Of a stretch of 40,000 nt of DNA, positions 30,587-39,417 are shown in pieces. Both the position numbers and the translations under genes were made by a program. The notes under the pieces are model-generated. The model ran no database searches. It was not told the origin of the DNA and saw only the letters and a list, made by a program, of their open reading frames with translations. Numbering within the stretch: the first letter of the stretch is position 1; each line of letters starts with the position of its first letter. Source of the stretch: Xenorhabdus taiwanensis (GTDB lineage Bacteria; Pseudomonadota; Gammaproteobacteria; Enterobacterales; Enterobacteriaceae); the NCBI RefSeq assembly GCF_036512875.1, contig NZ_AP028978.1:3304211-3344210 (forward strand), given 5' to 3'.

Positions 30587-30609
30587 AGCCCTCCCCACGA
30601 GGGCTTTTC
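30587..30609 (+). terminator. Terminator of the rexAB-like cassette
   Basis: agccctc-cccac-gagggct forms a perfect 7-bp GC-rich stem followed by tttcc. It starts 4 nt after the rexB-like stop. Confidence 0.6.
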
Positions 30610-30726
30610 CCATCACGTCCCCACCTCCCCCTGCCTCACATTCCACACCGAATCTGCCGGCATCTGGACACGGATATCTAAGCGGGTGCCTTCGGGGATG
30701 TCACAGGGGCGCGCTGCCCCTGATTG

Positions 30727-31143
30727 TTATTCTGGCGCTTTAGGCCAGTCAATGTTGGGTACTGTCGAACAGTCTACTCGGTTGAGCAGGACACGGTATT
30801 TTTTCCATGCGAGGAGTGCGGTCTTCTCTTCCTTAGTTGCCATGTCGAGGTCAACCGCGTCCTGCCAGATATCAATTTTCTCTTTGGCTATATTGAGCAA
30901 GTAGCGTTTTTCCTGTTCTGCTTGTTGCTGCAACTGTTCGGGTGTTGGCGGTGGGATATCCACCCATGCGGGCAATCCGTCATCCCCCGCTATACACATT
31001 TTTCCCGCTGGCGGTGTCATGAATTTGCGATAAACAGCCTCACTCACCTCAACCCCGTCGTCCGGCCACGTCCCCGCATCAATATACAATTGTTGCCAAT
31101 CAATGGGGTAAAATGCGTTATTTTTTGCACTATAAACGTACAT
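30727..31143 (-). CDS. tfa: Tail fibre assembly protein (Tfa/gpU-type chaperone)
   Basis: The 138-aa product begins MYVYSAKNNAFYP... It has a PTPEQL..QAE.EK coiled region and a ...ALLAWKKYRVLLNRVD...DWP C-terminus typical of Caudovirales tail-fibre assembly proteins. It lies directly downstream of the fibre gene. Confidence 0.8.
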   Translation of the reverse strand: MYVYSAKNNAFYPIDWQQLYIDAGTWPDDGVEVSEAVYRKFMTPPAGKMCIAGDDGLPAWVDIPPPTPEQLQQQAEQEKRYLLNIAKEKIDIWQDAVDLDMATKEEKTALLAWKKYRVLLNRVDCSTVPNIDWPKAPE

Positions 31144-31151
31144 ATTTCACC

Positions 31152-32204
31152 TCAATATCCAATCGCGATCCACGTACAATTCAACGGAACAGTATTAATA
31201 AATGCGTTTCCTGTGGAAACAGCACAACCCACAAAAAACTCATTGAGTGAGATAGGATAGCTGAGTACTACTTCAAAACCAGCAGCATCATTAGCGTTAG
31301 CACTGATCGTCACCGCACCAACTACACGGGTAAATGGTCGCGGAAATCTAACAAATTGGCCATCACGGTATTTGCCACTGCCCCACTGAATAATGACCCC
31401 GTTCACTGTGTCCCGATACCATCCATTCGTCTCTAACAACGCCTCGGTCTGTGGATTATTCGGACTGTAAACTCGAATCCCACCCGCTTCATACACCTTA
31501 CCGGCTGACACGTAGCCAGTCGCATCGACATTACCATTGACGGTTCCGCCCGTTTTAGGGTAAGCACCAATGTCATCGGGCGTGGGTTTATTATTCGCGC
31601 TGTAAACCCTGATCCCTCCCGCTTCATACACGGCATTACTTGATAAATATCCCGTAGCATCAATACTTCCGTAGACTACTCCGCCTGTTTTGGGGTAGGC
31701 ATTTTTCGCGAGATCTACGGTTCCCGCCAAACCGAGGTTTTTCACAAACGCCTGTTTATCATAAATATCGGCGCCGTTCTTGTTCTTGTCTAACATCGCC
31801 GCATACAGTGCCTTAATCGACTGCAATGACACCGTCTGACCATTCGGCAATGTCACGCTGACCGTCCCATTCTGTGTCATCCATTTATCCATGTTCTGGA
31901 GGAACTGCGTGATATAACTGTTGTTAGCCACCAAGTGCCGGACGCCATCTGAGATGGAATCAGGAACGGTGGTCTGAATCTGGTATTTTGCGTAATTTAG
32001 GGTAAGGAAAGCGCTATCCGCCAGTACCAGTTCGGTATCGGAGTTCACCGCCTGAATCATGTGCAATAAGTTGTTGTTGCCTGACCGGATTAATATAACC
32101 TGACCGGGGGCAACGCCGTTGATATTCGATTTAAATCGTGTGCCCGTGCCGCGGACAATAGCCGAGCCGGACACGGTGCTGATTGTGCCTTGTGAATAGA
32201 ACAT
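31152..32204 (-). CDS. Side tail fibre protein
   Basis: Its position is downstream of J and upstream of tfa. It contains two tandem ~44-aa repeats, AYPKTGG.V.G..DATGY.S...VYEAGGIRVYS.NN (nt ~31458-31700). I prefer the ATG at 32204 (MFYSQGTIS..., CAGGAA Shine-Dalgarno, 13 nt after the upstream stop) over the track start at 32243. Confidence 0.8.
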   Translation of the reverse strand: MFYSQGTISTVSGSAIVRGTGTRFKSNINGVAPGQVILIRSGNNNLLHMIQAVNSDTELVLADSAFLTLNYAKYQIQTTVPDSISDGVRHLVANNSYITQFLQNMDKWMTQNGTVSVTLPNGQTVSLQSIKALYAAMLDKNKNGADIYDKQAFVKNLGLAGTVDLAKNAYPKTGGVVYGSIDATGYLSSNAVYEAGGIRVYSANNKPTPDDIGAYPKTGGTVNGNVDATGYVSAGKVYEAGGIRVYSPNNPQTEALLETNGWYRDTVNGVIIQWGSGKYRDGQFVRFPRPFTRVVGAVTISANANDAAGFEVVLSYPISLNEFFVGCAVSTGNAFINTVPLNCTWIAIGY

Positions 32205-32217
32205 GGTGGGGTTCCTG

Positions 32218-32874
32218 TTAGACGTCGTAAAGAGCGCAGTCAATATACGGGCTGGTGAGATCTTCTATACTGAACTCAACAATCCAAGAGAGGGGACCTG
32301 ATACGGCTGCCGGAACAAATTGTGTGGAATGACCGTTGAAGAAGGCAGAAAAAGAGGTGTCCCTGTATTGCAGTATGGGTAATTCTCCGGGTGGTTCGAT
32401 TGACGAGCTAATCAAGCCTGTCGTTTGCATTAACAAGGCTTTCTTTCCCCGCAATGTCATTTGCTGGTTGGTGTTATATTCCCCCTCAATCGCCAGCGGG
32501 TTTGTATCACTGGTCATCACACATTTCCCGTTCTCATCCCAGACAGCAATCCCCCAATCAGGGACAGGCTGCGGATAAACCAGGGTAAAAAGGTAAATCT
32601 CACACACCGTTGGGGTACGGGAATCTGGCGCTGACAACTCAATATGCCAGCGGCTTTTTCCACTACTGAGTTCACCATAAGGTGCATTCTCTACACTGTC
32701 TGTATGGGCGCACATAAATGCCATGCACGGCTGCGTTGTGCTAATGTGCGTATCTATGCCTTCATACCATCTGCCAATGGTAACCGATATTTTCCTAACA
32801 AAAGAAAGTGGTGTCGTTTTGGGTGTCCACCACGGGATGCCTTCATTCGTTGTTAAAAATGCGCCCCAGTCCAT
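32218..32874 (-). CDS. Phage tail-region protein of unknown function (two copies of a ~100-aa domain)
   Basis: The 218-aa ORF is packed tightly in the tail operon between J and the fibre gene. It has an N-terminal DWGAFLTTNEG....TPL motif and a mid-protein DWGIAVWDENG......NPL motif. Confidence 0.6.
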   Translation of the reverse strand: MDWGAFLTTNEGIPWWTPKTTPLSFVRKISVTIGRWYEGIDTHISTTQPCMAFMCAHTDSVENAPYGELSSGKSRWHIELSAPDSRTPTVCEIYLFTLVYPQPVPDWGIAVWDENGKCVMTSDTNPLAIEGEYNTNQQMTLRGKKALLMQTTGLISSSIEPPGELPILQYRDTSFSAFFNGHSTQFVPAAVSGPLSWIVEFSIEDLTSPYIDCALYDV

Positions 32875-32880
32875 ATATCC

Positions 32881-33180
32881 TCACGCTGTATAATACGCAA
32901 TCAGCCAGCCCTCAGCAGCCACACTGCGCCCTGTTGAAATAATGATTTGGTTGTCTCTCACCAAAAACTGGCGTTTGGCATTCGGCCATTCCCCCGTTTG
33001 TGTGCACATAAACACATACGACAGCCGCAGCCCCTGACTCATCGGCTCACGGGGGATAGTGAGTTCGCCTGTCGTCTGGCCGCTGTTCAGCTTCATAAAT
33101 CCCGCATAAAGAAAAGGGCGGATGCCTGTATTACGCTGCCGCCCCTGCTCGTCCCACACACCAAAACCATAGTCACTCAT
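32881..33180 (-). CDS. Phage tail-region protein of unknown function (single copy of the same domain)
   Basis: The start of this 99-aa ORF overlaps the J stop (ATGA coupling). Its N-terminal DYGFGVWDEQG......RPF motif is related to the motifs in the downstream 218-aa ORF. Confidence 0.6.
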   Translation of the reverse strand: MSDYGFGVWDEQGRQRNTGIRPFLYAGFMKLNSGQTTGELTIPREPMSQGLRLSYVFMCTQTGEWPNAKRQFLVRDNQIIISTGRSVAAEGWLIAYYTA

Positions 33181-36100
33181 CGAAATTGCCCTATATATCC
33201 CATTGCCGCCCTGACCCGTCCGTTTTGGTCATAACACGCAATTGCCCCATTCGCCCAGCGCAACCCTGCCTGAGAACGCATGTCATTAAATTCAAAAGCA
33301 CCGGTGGCCGCATTAATCAAAAAGCCTGCCCTGTACTGTACGTAGTTCTTTGACCTGATGGCATCAGATAAGATAATTTCCCTGATATAGCCTTTATCAA
33401 TAAACCCGTCCCTGATAAACACCTGACCGTTTTTGACCGCCATAAACGGCTCCAATTTGCCGTTGGTCGGGTTATAGAACGCAAAATTATTCGCAGAAAA
33501 TCCAATATACGACTCCAGATTGCCGTTCTTAAATTCACCGCTAATCACCATGCCACCCGCGTTATATTTTGTCCCATTGCGGTTAATGGTGATATTCACG
33601 CTGTGGATGGCATAGCCGGCATTCTGGTTAAATTCCGCCTGCATTTTGCTGTTGATGATGGCCTGTTGTTCGCCAAATTGCGCCTGAACCTGCTGTTTTG
33701 ATTCAGCCACCGCTTTCTGTGTACTGGATATGGCCTGTTTGTTAGTCACCACATCCGCCGCAATTTTACCCACGCTATCGTTAGTGTTCCCGATGCTGGT
33801 ACGGATTTCGGTAAATTGCTGGCCAAACGATTTATCCCGCTCAGCTATCGTGGTCTCAACCGTTTTGATACGGGATGCGTTAGCCCCAACCGACGAATTA
33901 ACTTCCGTTATTCTCTGCGCCCACGCCTCATTATCCGTTGCCCGTACCTGCCAGAGTTCGCTAATCTGCGCCTTACTCTCCCCGTCACGCACCATCAGTT
34001 CACGGGATAATTGCTGTTGCGCATTGGTGAGTTCAAGGGCGCTTTCAGCGTTCCAGTTCATGTCGGATTGCAGGCGCTTGCCCGCTTCGGCGGAAAGGAA
34101 CTGGTTGCCGGCTGCCTTGACTATCCAGTCTGTATCAGAGGAAGACTCCCCTCGCATAAACCTTGTCCACGGGGATTGATTACCCGACTTATCCACCAGC
34201 CGTGCACGGAACCAAAATGCCACACCTGCCGCCAATCCTTGCATAGTATGCGTACGCTGCGGATAGGGAATATCAGCCAGCAGCATCAACCCCTCACCAT
34301 CCCTCGTCCGGCTGTACTGGATTTCGGTTTTCAGTGTGTCGTCAGTCTGGGCGGCAAAACCCCAATCTAACTGGATGCCAAAGATAATCGGTGTGGTTCT
34401 GAAAGCTAACGGTACGGGCGGGTTACCTTCTTTCCCTTTCAGGCGGGTTTCCGGTGCATTCGCCCAGATACTGGATATCTCAGCCGCATTAATTGCCCTC
34501 ACCCGTGCCTGATAGCGACCAGAATAGACGTTTGGCACTTCAAAGCCTTGCGTCGAGGTTCGGGGGGCGGATATCCAGTTGCCATTATCCCGCCGCCACT
34601 CAGCCTCATACGCAATCGCACCCTCAGCCGCATCCCATGTCACGCGCAATGTGGTGACTGCAATACCCTGATTGACAACTGAATAACTGTTGATGGTGAC
34701 ATTTTTTGGCGGTGACTGGACGCCGGGCGGGATAACAGAAATGGGGCGTTCTTCAATGCGGGTGCCTGTGTCAATGCGGGCGTATTTGTCGGGATTATGC
34801 TCAACAGCAGTAATCTCAAAGGACACGCCATCTTCATTCTCTTTAATGCCCGTCACCCTGAATTGCTGAATGGCTAAATCCGTTGCGTCAATCGCCCAGA
34901 CACATTCAGGCTCTGGCGTTTCACTGTAGGCTGTCGTCACTGTGATAACCTGCCCGTTCACGGCCTGAATGGTGCGCCCCTCGGCTTTACCTGATGGCAG
35001 ATTTAGGATCAATCGCTCACCCACTTTTGCTGCGGATATTCTGTCCAGCGTAATGTTACGCCCATTCGCCGAACTCACGCGCCCACCCAATACGCGACCG
35101 GAAAACATTTCATCAGCCACCCCGATAATGTATCCGGGTAACGGTATTTTACCATCCAGCCCCACCGTAAACGTGACCATCCGATCATATTCGTTGGTGT
35201 GCAATATCCACTTCCCGCGCCGGATAGCCTCACTCTGGCGGGTACAGCCGATAGCCGTCACATCCGCCTGTTTCACATTATAACGACGGATTAACCGGTT
35301 ATCGAAAACAGGCTCTATTGCATCCTGATAGCCGTTCTGTGGATCTGACCAGCTTACCATTGCCGTACTGTAATGAGTTTTCTCGCTGGAGCTGGCATAA
35401 ACAAATTTACCGTCACGCACATTGGCACGTGTGTAGATAAAATCCACATCACGCGGCATATCCGCCAGCACGTTCATATTATTGTTCGCCCAATAGGTCA
35501 TCCCCCGAAAGATACCGGCGATATCCCGTAAGACCGTCCACGCATCCTCTTGTGACTGGATATAAACATTGCAGGTGTGACGCGGCTCCATCCCTCCCTT
35601 GCCATCAGGAACCGGCTGATCGCAATATTGGGCAATGCGGTACAAATCCCATTTTGCCAGACTCAGGTTTTCAGCCTTAACCCGCGTGCCGATGCTGAAC
35701 CGATCATTAATCATCAGGTCATACAGCACCCACGCCGGGTTATCTGTCCATGCCCATTTAAACTGCCCTGACCAGACACCGGAATAGCTGCGGCTTTCAG
35801 TGTCATAATTATCGGGCACGCGGATAACACGCATTTTCGGTTCACAGGATATTTGCGGAATATTACGAAACTGCTTGGCGTCAAACTGGACAAATAATAG
35901 CGCTGTTTCGGGGTAACTGAGCTTGGCGTCAATCACTTCCGTAATGGCCTCCACAACCATTGCATCGGCAATCCGGATACTGTTCTGCTTTGGTGTCAGG
36001 CGACGTACCCGCACCTGCCAGCCAGAATGGGCTTTCGGTAAATCCACACGGTGTGAGCGTTCATATTTTGTCGTCGTTTTGCCATCCGCAGCCAGCGTGG

Positions 36101-36569
36101 GCAGCTCCTGATACGAACCGCCATCTGTTGCCACGTCAATAGTATAATCAATGCGATACCCCACTGTATCACCGTTTTCTTCCTGTTTTTGCAGTTGCGG
36201 CCACGAAAGCCGAATACGCACCGCAGATAACTGAGTATTGGTGACCGATCTGACCCATGATTCGTTCAATTCCGTTCCGACGGTCAGTTCATTTTCTACA
36301 GCTGGCATGCCGGGAATATAATCCTGATGCGGGGTTCCGTGACGAAATTCCCATTTCACCCCCTCAAAATTGGGCTTACCCTCCGGGCCAATAATCGGCG
36401 TGTTATCCAGAAAGATGTTGGTGCCATTCAGTTCTCCCGCGAACTCGCCCTCACCCAATGCCAGTAAGATTTTGGCATACGAGGTTGACTGCAATGAGTC
36501 CGGTGATTCAACAGGAGTACGAGGGCTGTCGCTACCGCCTTTGCTGCCCTGAATAAGATGATTTCTCAT
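33177..36569 (-). CDS. J: Tail tip / host specificity protein J
   Basis: The product is 1130 aa, against about 1132 aa for lambda J. The N-terminus GSKGGSDSPRTPVESPDSLQSTSYAKILLALGEGEF parallels the start of lambda J. Fibronectin-III-like repeats occur in the middle, and the gene sits after I. Confidence 0.95.
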   Translation of the reverse strand: MRNHLIQGSKGGSDSPRTPVESPDSLQSTSYAKILLALGEGEFAGELNGTNIFLDNTPIIGPEGKPNFEGVKWEFRHGTPHQDYIPGMPAVENELTVGTELNESWVRSVTNTQLSAVRIRLSWPQLQKQEENGDTVGYRIDYTIDVATDGGSYQELPTLAADGKTTTKYERSHRVDLPKAHSGWQVRVRRLTPKQNSIRIADAMVVEAITEVIDAKLSYPETALLFVQFDAKQFRNIPQISCEPKMRVIRVPDNYDTESRSYSGVWSGQFKWAWTDNPAWVLYDLMINDRFSIGTRVKAENLSLAKWDLYRIAQYCDQPVPDGKGGMEPRHTCNVYIQSQEDAWTVLRDIAGIFRGMTYWANNNMNVLADMPRDVDFIYTRANVRDGKFVYASSSEKTHYSTAMVSWSDPQNGYQDAIEPVFDNRLIRRYNVKQADVTAIGCTRQSEAIRRGKWILHTNEYDRMVTFTVGLDGKIPLPGYIIGVADEMFSGRVLGGRVSSANGRNITLDRISAAKVGERLILNLPSGKAEGRTIQAVNGQVITVTTAYSETPEPECVWAIDATDLAIQQFRVTGIKENEDGVSFEITAVEHNPDKYARIDTGTRIEERPISVIPPGVQSPPKNVTINSYSVVNQGIAVTTLRVTWDAAEGAIAYEAEWRRDNGNWISAPRTSTQGFEVPNVYSGRYQARVRAINAAEISSIWANAPETRLKGKEGNPPVPLAFRTTPIIFGIQLDWGFAAQTDDTLKTEIQYSRTRDGEGLMLLADIPYPQRTHTMQGLAAGVAFWFRARLVDKSGNQSPWTRFMRGESSSDTDWIVKAAGNQFLSAEAGKRLQSDMNWNAESALELTNAQQQLSRELMVRDGESKAQISELWQVRATDNEAWAQRITEVNSSVGANASRIKTVETTIAERDKSFGQQFTEIRTSIGNTNDSVGKIAADVVTNKQAISSTQKAVAESKQQVQAQFGEQQAIINSKMQAEFNQNAGYAIHSVNITINRNGTKYNAGGMVISGEFKNGNLESYIGFSANNFAFYNPTNGKLEPFMAVKNGQVFIRDGFIDKGYIREIILSDAIRSKNYVQYRAGFLINAATGAFEFNDMRSQAGLRWANGAIACYDQNGRVRAAMGYIGQFR

Positions 36570-36621
36570 ATTTCACCCATAAAAAAAGCCGCCTGAGCGA
36601 CCTAACAGAAACAATAAAGCG

Positions 36622-37200
36622 TTATTGCTGATCTTCGGCGTAGATACCCGCTGAGATGATGGCACCCCCGATGCGGCGTTTGCCGTACCCTATCGGCACA
36701 GGGTTCCCCTGCGCGATGGAGTTGACAGGTCCACCAAAGGCATAGCTGGGTTTATTGTCGGGATCTTCCCGTCGCGCCAGTCCGCCCGGCATCGGGGATA
36801 ACATTTGCACCACGCCCCCCAGCATCATACCGACGCCGGATGTCACCATGGGTGCACCAAACGGCGTATACCATAAAAACGCCCCCGCAACGACCATCAC
36901 GGCTCCGAGGATAGTCTGGAAAACACCCGCCTTTTTACTGCCAATGATCATCGGGGCAATACGAATATCGTCTGCACCGGAAAACGCCAGTTCATCTTGG
37001 TTGATATTGCGTGTTCCACTGAACACGGCAAAAGTTAATCCACGCTCTTTCGCGGTCAACAGAAACTTTTCAAAGCCATTAATTAACACGGACAATGCCC
37101 TGATAGCTTCCTGCGGTGATGAGACTGCCAGTCGGTGTTCTCGCCCGAACTGCGTACCGAGTGTGCCGTATAAGCGTATTGTGCGTAGGATTTCCATCAT
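36622..37200 (-). CDS. I: Tail assembly protein I
   Basis: The 192-aa product has a central Gly/hydrophobic segment (GVFQTILGAVMVVAGAFL...GVGMMLGGVVQML) and a PVPIGYGKRRIGG C-terminus, as in lambda gpI-family proteins. It is coupled to K through an ATGA overlap. Confidence 0.85.
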   Translation of the reverse strand: MMEILRTIRLYGTLGTQFGREHRLAVSSPQEAIRALSVLINGFEKFLLTAKERGLTFAVFSGTRNINQDELAFSGADDIRIAPMIIGSKKAGVFQTILGAVMVVAGAFLWYTPFGAPMVTSGVGMMLGGVVQMLSPMPGGLARREDPDNKPSYAFGGPVNSIAQGNPVPIGYGKRRIGGAIISAGIYAEDQQ

Positions 37201-37901
37201 TCCCCCTGATATCTGACAATTTTCACCGTGCGTTCCTGCCAGTAACCACTGTAAGACACACGATTACTCAGTTGACCGTACATGTGGTGTAACATTAATT
37301 CATCGCCGATATACACCCCAGCATGGTTAGGTTCTTTGGCTTGTACCTGCATAATGATCACATCACCGGTCTGGAGTTCCCCGCTGCACTCAACAAACCC
37401 CGCCGAGGCGTAGTGCTGCATATAGAGATTTTCGCCCCGGTTCCACCAGCCATCGGTGCGGGTAAAATCCGGTAATTCAATATTACGTTCCAGTCGATAC
37501 CAATCGCGCACGATGGAATAGCAGTCCCAAATACCGTGGACGAATGGGCGACCCAATAGGGGTTTAATACCTTCCGTTGGCATAACAGTACGAATATCCC
37601 CCTCCGGCCATGAGACAATTATCCACGGGGTTTGTGACAGGTCACACTGAGCAATATCTAATTGGCTGGGCTGTGTTGTTGCGTCGGGGTGACTGTGGAC
37701 AATTGCTACAATAGTTCCTGCATCCTCGGCATTAGCGTAATCTTCGGGGTGAATGCTGAATTGCTCTGTGGGTGAAGGCGCGGTATTGCGACAGGGGATA
37801 TATTGCTGTTTGCGGCTATTTTGAATCACCAAACCGCAACATTCATTGGGGTATTCTGATTTGGCGTGATCCATGATGGATTGGGTAATATGGGGGCGCA
37901 T
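37197..37901 (-). CDS. K: Tail tip assembly protein K (JAB/MPN + NlpC/P60 domains)
   Basis: The product has E..CG....HSHP JAMM-like motifs (NECCGLV, VHSHPD). It also has an NlpC/P60-type Cys/His half (IWDCYSIVRDWY...PNHAGVY..HH), like lambda gpK. I prefer the ATG at 37901 (GGAG Shine-Dalgarno 6 nt upstream) over 37913. Confidence 0.9.
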   Translation of the reverse strand: MRPHITQSIMDHAKSEYPNECCGLVIQNSRKQQYIPCRNTAPSPTEQFSIHPEDYANAEDAGTIVAIVHSHPDATTQPSQLDIAQCDLSQTPWIIVSWPEGDIRTVMPTEGIKPLLGRPFVHGIWDCYSIVRDWYRLERNIELPDFTRTDGWWNRGENLYMQHYASAGFVECSGELQTGDVIIMQVQAKEPNHAGVYIGDELMLHHMYGQLSNRVSYSGYWQERTVKIVRYQGE

Positions 37902-37914
37902 GTAAAGCTCCATA

Positions 37915-37939
37915 ACAAAAAAGCCCCGAAGTGGGGCCT
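37915..37939 (-). terminator. Rho-independent terminator of the moron gene, lying inside the tail operon
   Basis: On the minus strand, aggcccc-acttc-ggggctt is followed by ttttgtt. It lies 23 nt after the stop of the 102-aa gene and immediately upstream of K. Confidence 0.75.
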
Positions 37940-37961
37940 GATTTGCTTAATTAAATCGTGG

Positions 37962-38270
37962 TTAAGAGTGGGTTTGATATTTTTGTATGTTTTCAATTTC
38001 CCGCAATCTTCTTTCTATTTCTTTTTTGCGTTCCTTGAAATTACGTACGTCACACTCAATTGTTTTTAAGCCCACCTCAACTTCTCCTTTGCTATACTGC
38101 TGCAACTCTTTGATAGACTCAACAGGAGTGCTTTTCGCTCTATCTAATGCCTCCTTTAGTCCTTTTTCTGAATACTTTGGGCAGCCATCATACCAATACC
38201 CTTCCTGAGCAACAGCATATGAGGATGAAAACAACAACACAGCAGCAGCAAGAATTGAGTGATATTTCAT
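37962..38270 (-). CDS. Small secreted protein (moron) inserted between tail genes L and K
   Basis: The 102-aa product has a clear Sec signal peptide (MKYHSILAAAVLLFSSSYAVA|QE). The mature part has two Cys residues and a Lys/Glu-rich helical C-terminus. The gene is AT-rich relative to its neighbours and has its own terminator. Lambda has no gene at this position. Confidence 0.65.
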   Translation of the reverse strand: MKYHSILAAAVLLFSSSYAVAQEGYWYDGCPKYSEKGLKEALDRAKSTPVESIKELQQYSKGEVEVGLKTIECDVRNFKERKKEIERRLREIENIQKYQTHS

Positions 38271-38332
38271 GTCATTATCCTATCCATAAATAAATGAGAT
38301 TGGTCATCATATCACCTATTTGTAGCAAATGA

Positions 38333-39073
38333 TCATCGTCTCAGCAACGCAGAGCCAGGGAAGCCACCGAAAGGTAATTGAGCACCCTCTCCATATCGAG
38401 CTTTACAGTCACTCATTAGTCCGCCGCATGCATCTTTTGATGGATCATTGGTTGGGTTGCTATCCTCATCAAAATAGCGCGTTCCTGTATAGTTACAGGG
38501 TGATTTTCGGTACAATCCACGCATACACCATGTACAAAGACCATGGATCTGTCGTGTTGGAATTTGAATGCCCTGTAAGTCATCGGGGGAAGACAAGGCA
38601 AAATGAATTTCTGTATTGTCTTCATGCGTCTTGCTGTCAATATAGTAGACGTCAATCTTTTCCTGTGTGGGATCAGCTTCTGGGTTTCCCTCTGGAAAAT
38701 TGCGGGCATCCAGATAATGCGCAAACGTCATATGGATTGTGACACGCGCCTGCGCCATATTTTGATACGCCAGACACAAGGCGCTGATAGCACCATCCAG
38801 ATTGGCAACACTGAGCACGGGTGATATCGCCTTGCCATCACCGTTGATCTCCAATCCCTCAATTCTCACAGGCCACGGCTTATACTCTATGCCTTGCCAC
38901 CAGATTGATTTAATCGGTAAATTACCTATATTGCCTTCCAGTTCCTTTTCTGTATAAGAAATAGGGTGATTATGGAAATACAGTTCTGGCCCACCAAATA
39001 CTGAGCCATCGACAGAAAACAAAAGAATTTTATTCCCCGACTCAAGGCGCTGGAGGGTAGCATTGATTGTCAT
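38333..39073 (-). CDS. L: Minor tail protein L
   Basis: The 246-aa product resembles lambda gpL. It has an N-terminal ...LFSVDGSVFGG..LYFHN region and the C-terminal Cys cluster (CTWCMRG...C.Y.G...D..KDACGG..S.CK.R) that binds Fe-S in gpL. Confidence 0.93.
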   Translation of the reverse strand: MTINATLQRLESGNKILLFSVDGSVFGGPELYFHNHPISYTEKELEGNIGNLPIKSIWWQGIEYKPWPVRIEGLEINGDGKAISPVLSVANLDGAISALCLAYQNMAQARVTIHMTFAHYLDARNFPEGNPEADPTQEKIDVYYIDSKTHEDNTEIHFALSSPDDLQGIQIPTRQIHGLCTWCMRGLYRKSPCNYTGTRYFDEDSNPTNDPSKDACGGLMSDCKARYGEGAQLPFGGFPGSALLRR

Positions 39074-39084
39074 GGTAAAGCCTC

Positions 39085-39417
39085 TTAAGGATGATAGGTG
39101 CGAGTGAACGTCACAGAGAGAGTAAAGTGAAATCCATTAGCTTGTATGTTGAATCTTCCGGCCTGATACAACCCCAACTCAGATAGCGGATTACGCCATT
39201 TAAATGAGTGCCATCCCTGATGCTCACGCAAAAAAACAATAATAGGTTCGATTTCAGACAGCGTACCCACAAAGGACAACGGCCAACTTTCCCGTTGTGA
39301 ATTAATCCCGTCACCGGTGGTTTGCTTATACCCGTCACCGAACTGAACAGAACGCACCACGGGTTCAAATTCACCAACAGCACCGACCCTTGCGGGAAAA
39401 TCAAATGTCTTTATCAC
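39085..39417 (-). CDS. M: Minor tail protein M
   Basis: The product is 110 aa, against 109 aa for lambda gpM. It reads IKTF.....V......VRSVQFGDGY.Q......N.........L...E...I..FL.EH.GW.SF.W. Its GTG start overlaps the tape-measure stop (GTGA). Confidence 0.93.
   Translation of the reverse strand: MIKTFDFPARVGAVGEFEPVVRSVQFGDGYKQTTGDGINSQRESWPLSFVGTLSEIEPIIVFLREHQGWHSFKWRNPLSELGLYQAGRFNIQANGFHFTLSVTFTRTYHP

Noticed and set aside
33730-36552. Plus-strand ORFs of 60-149 aa opposite the J gene. Similar ones lie opposite I, K, L and tfa (for example 30724-31260 and 36755-37216).
   Set aside because: They are antisense shadows within a tightly packed, translationally coupled minus-strand tail operon. 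There is no independent support for them.
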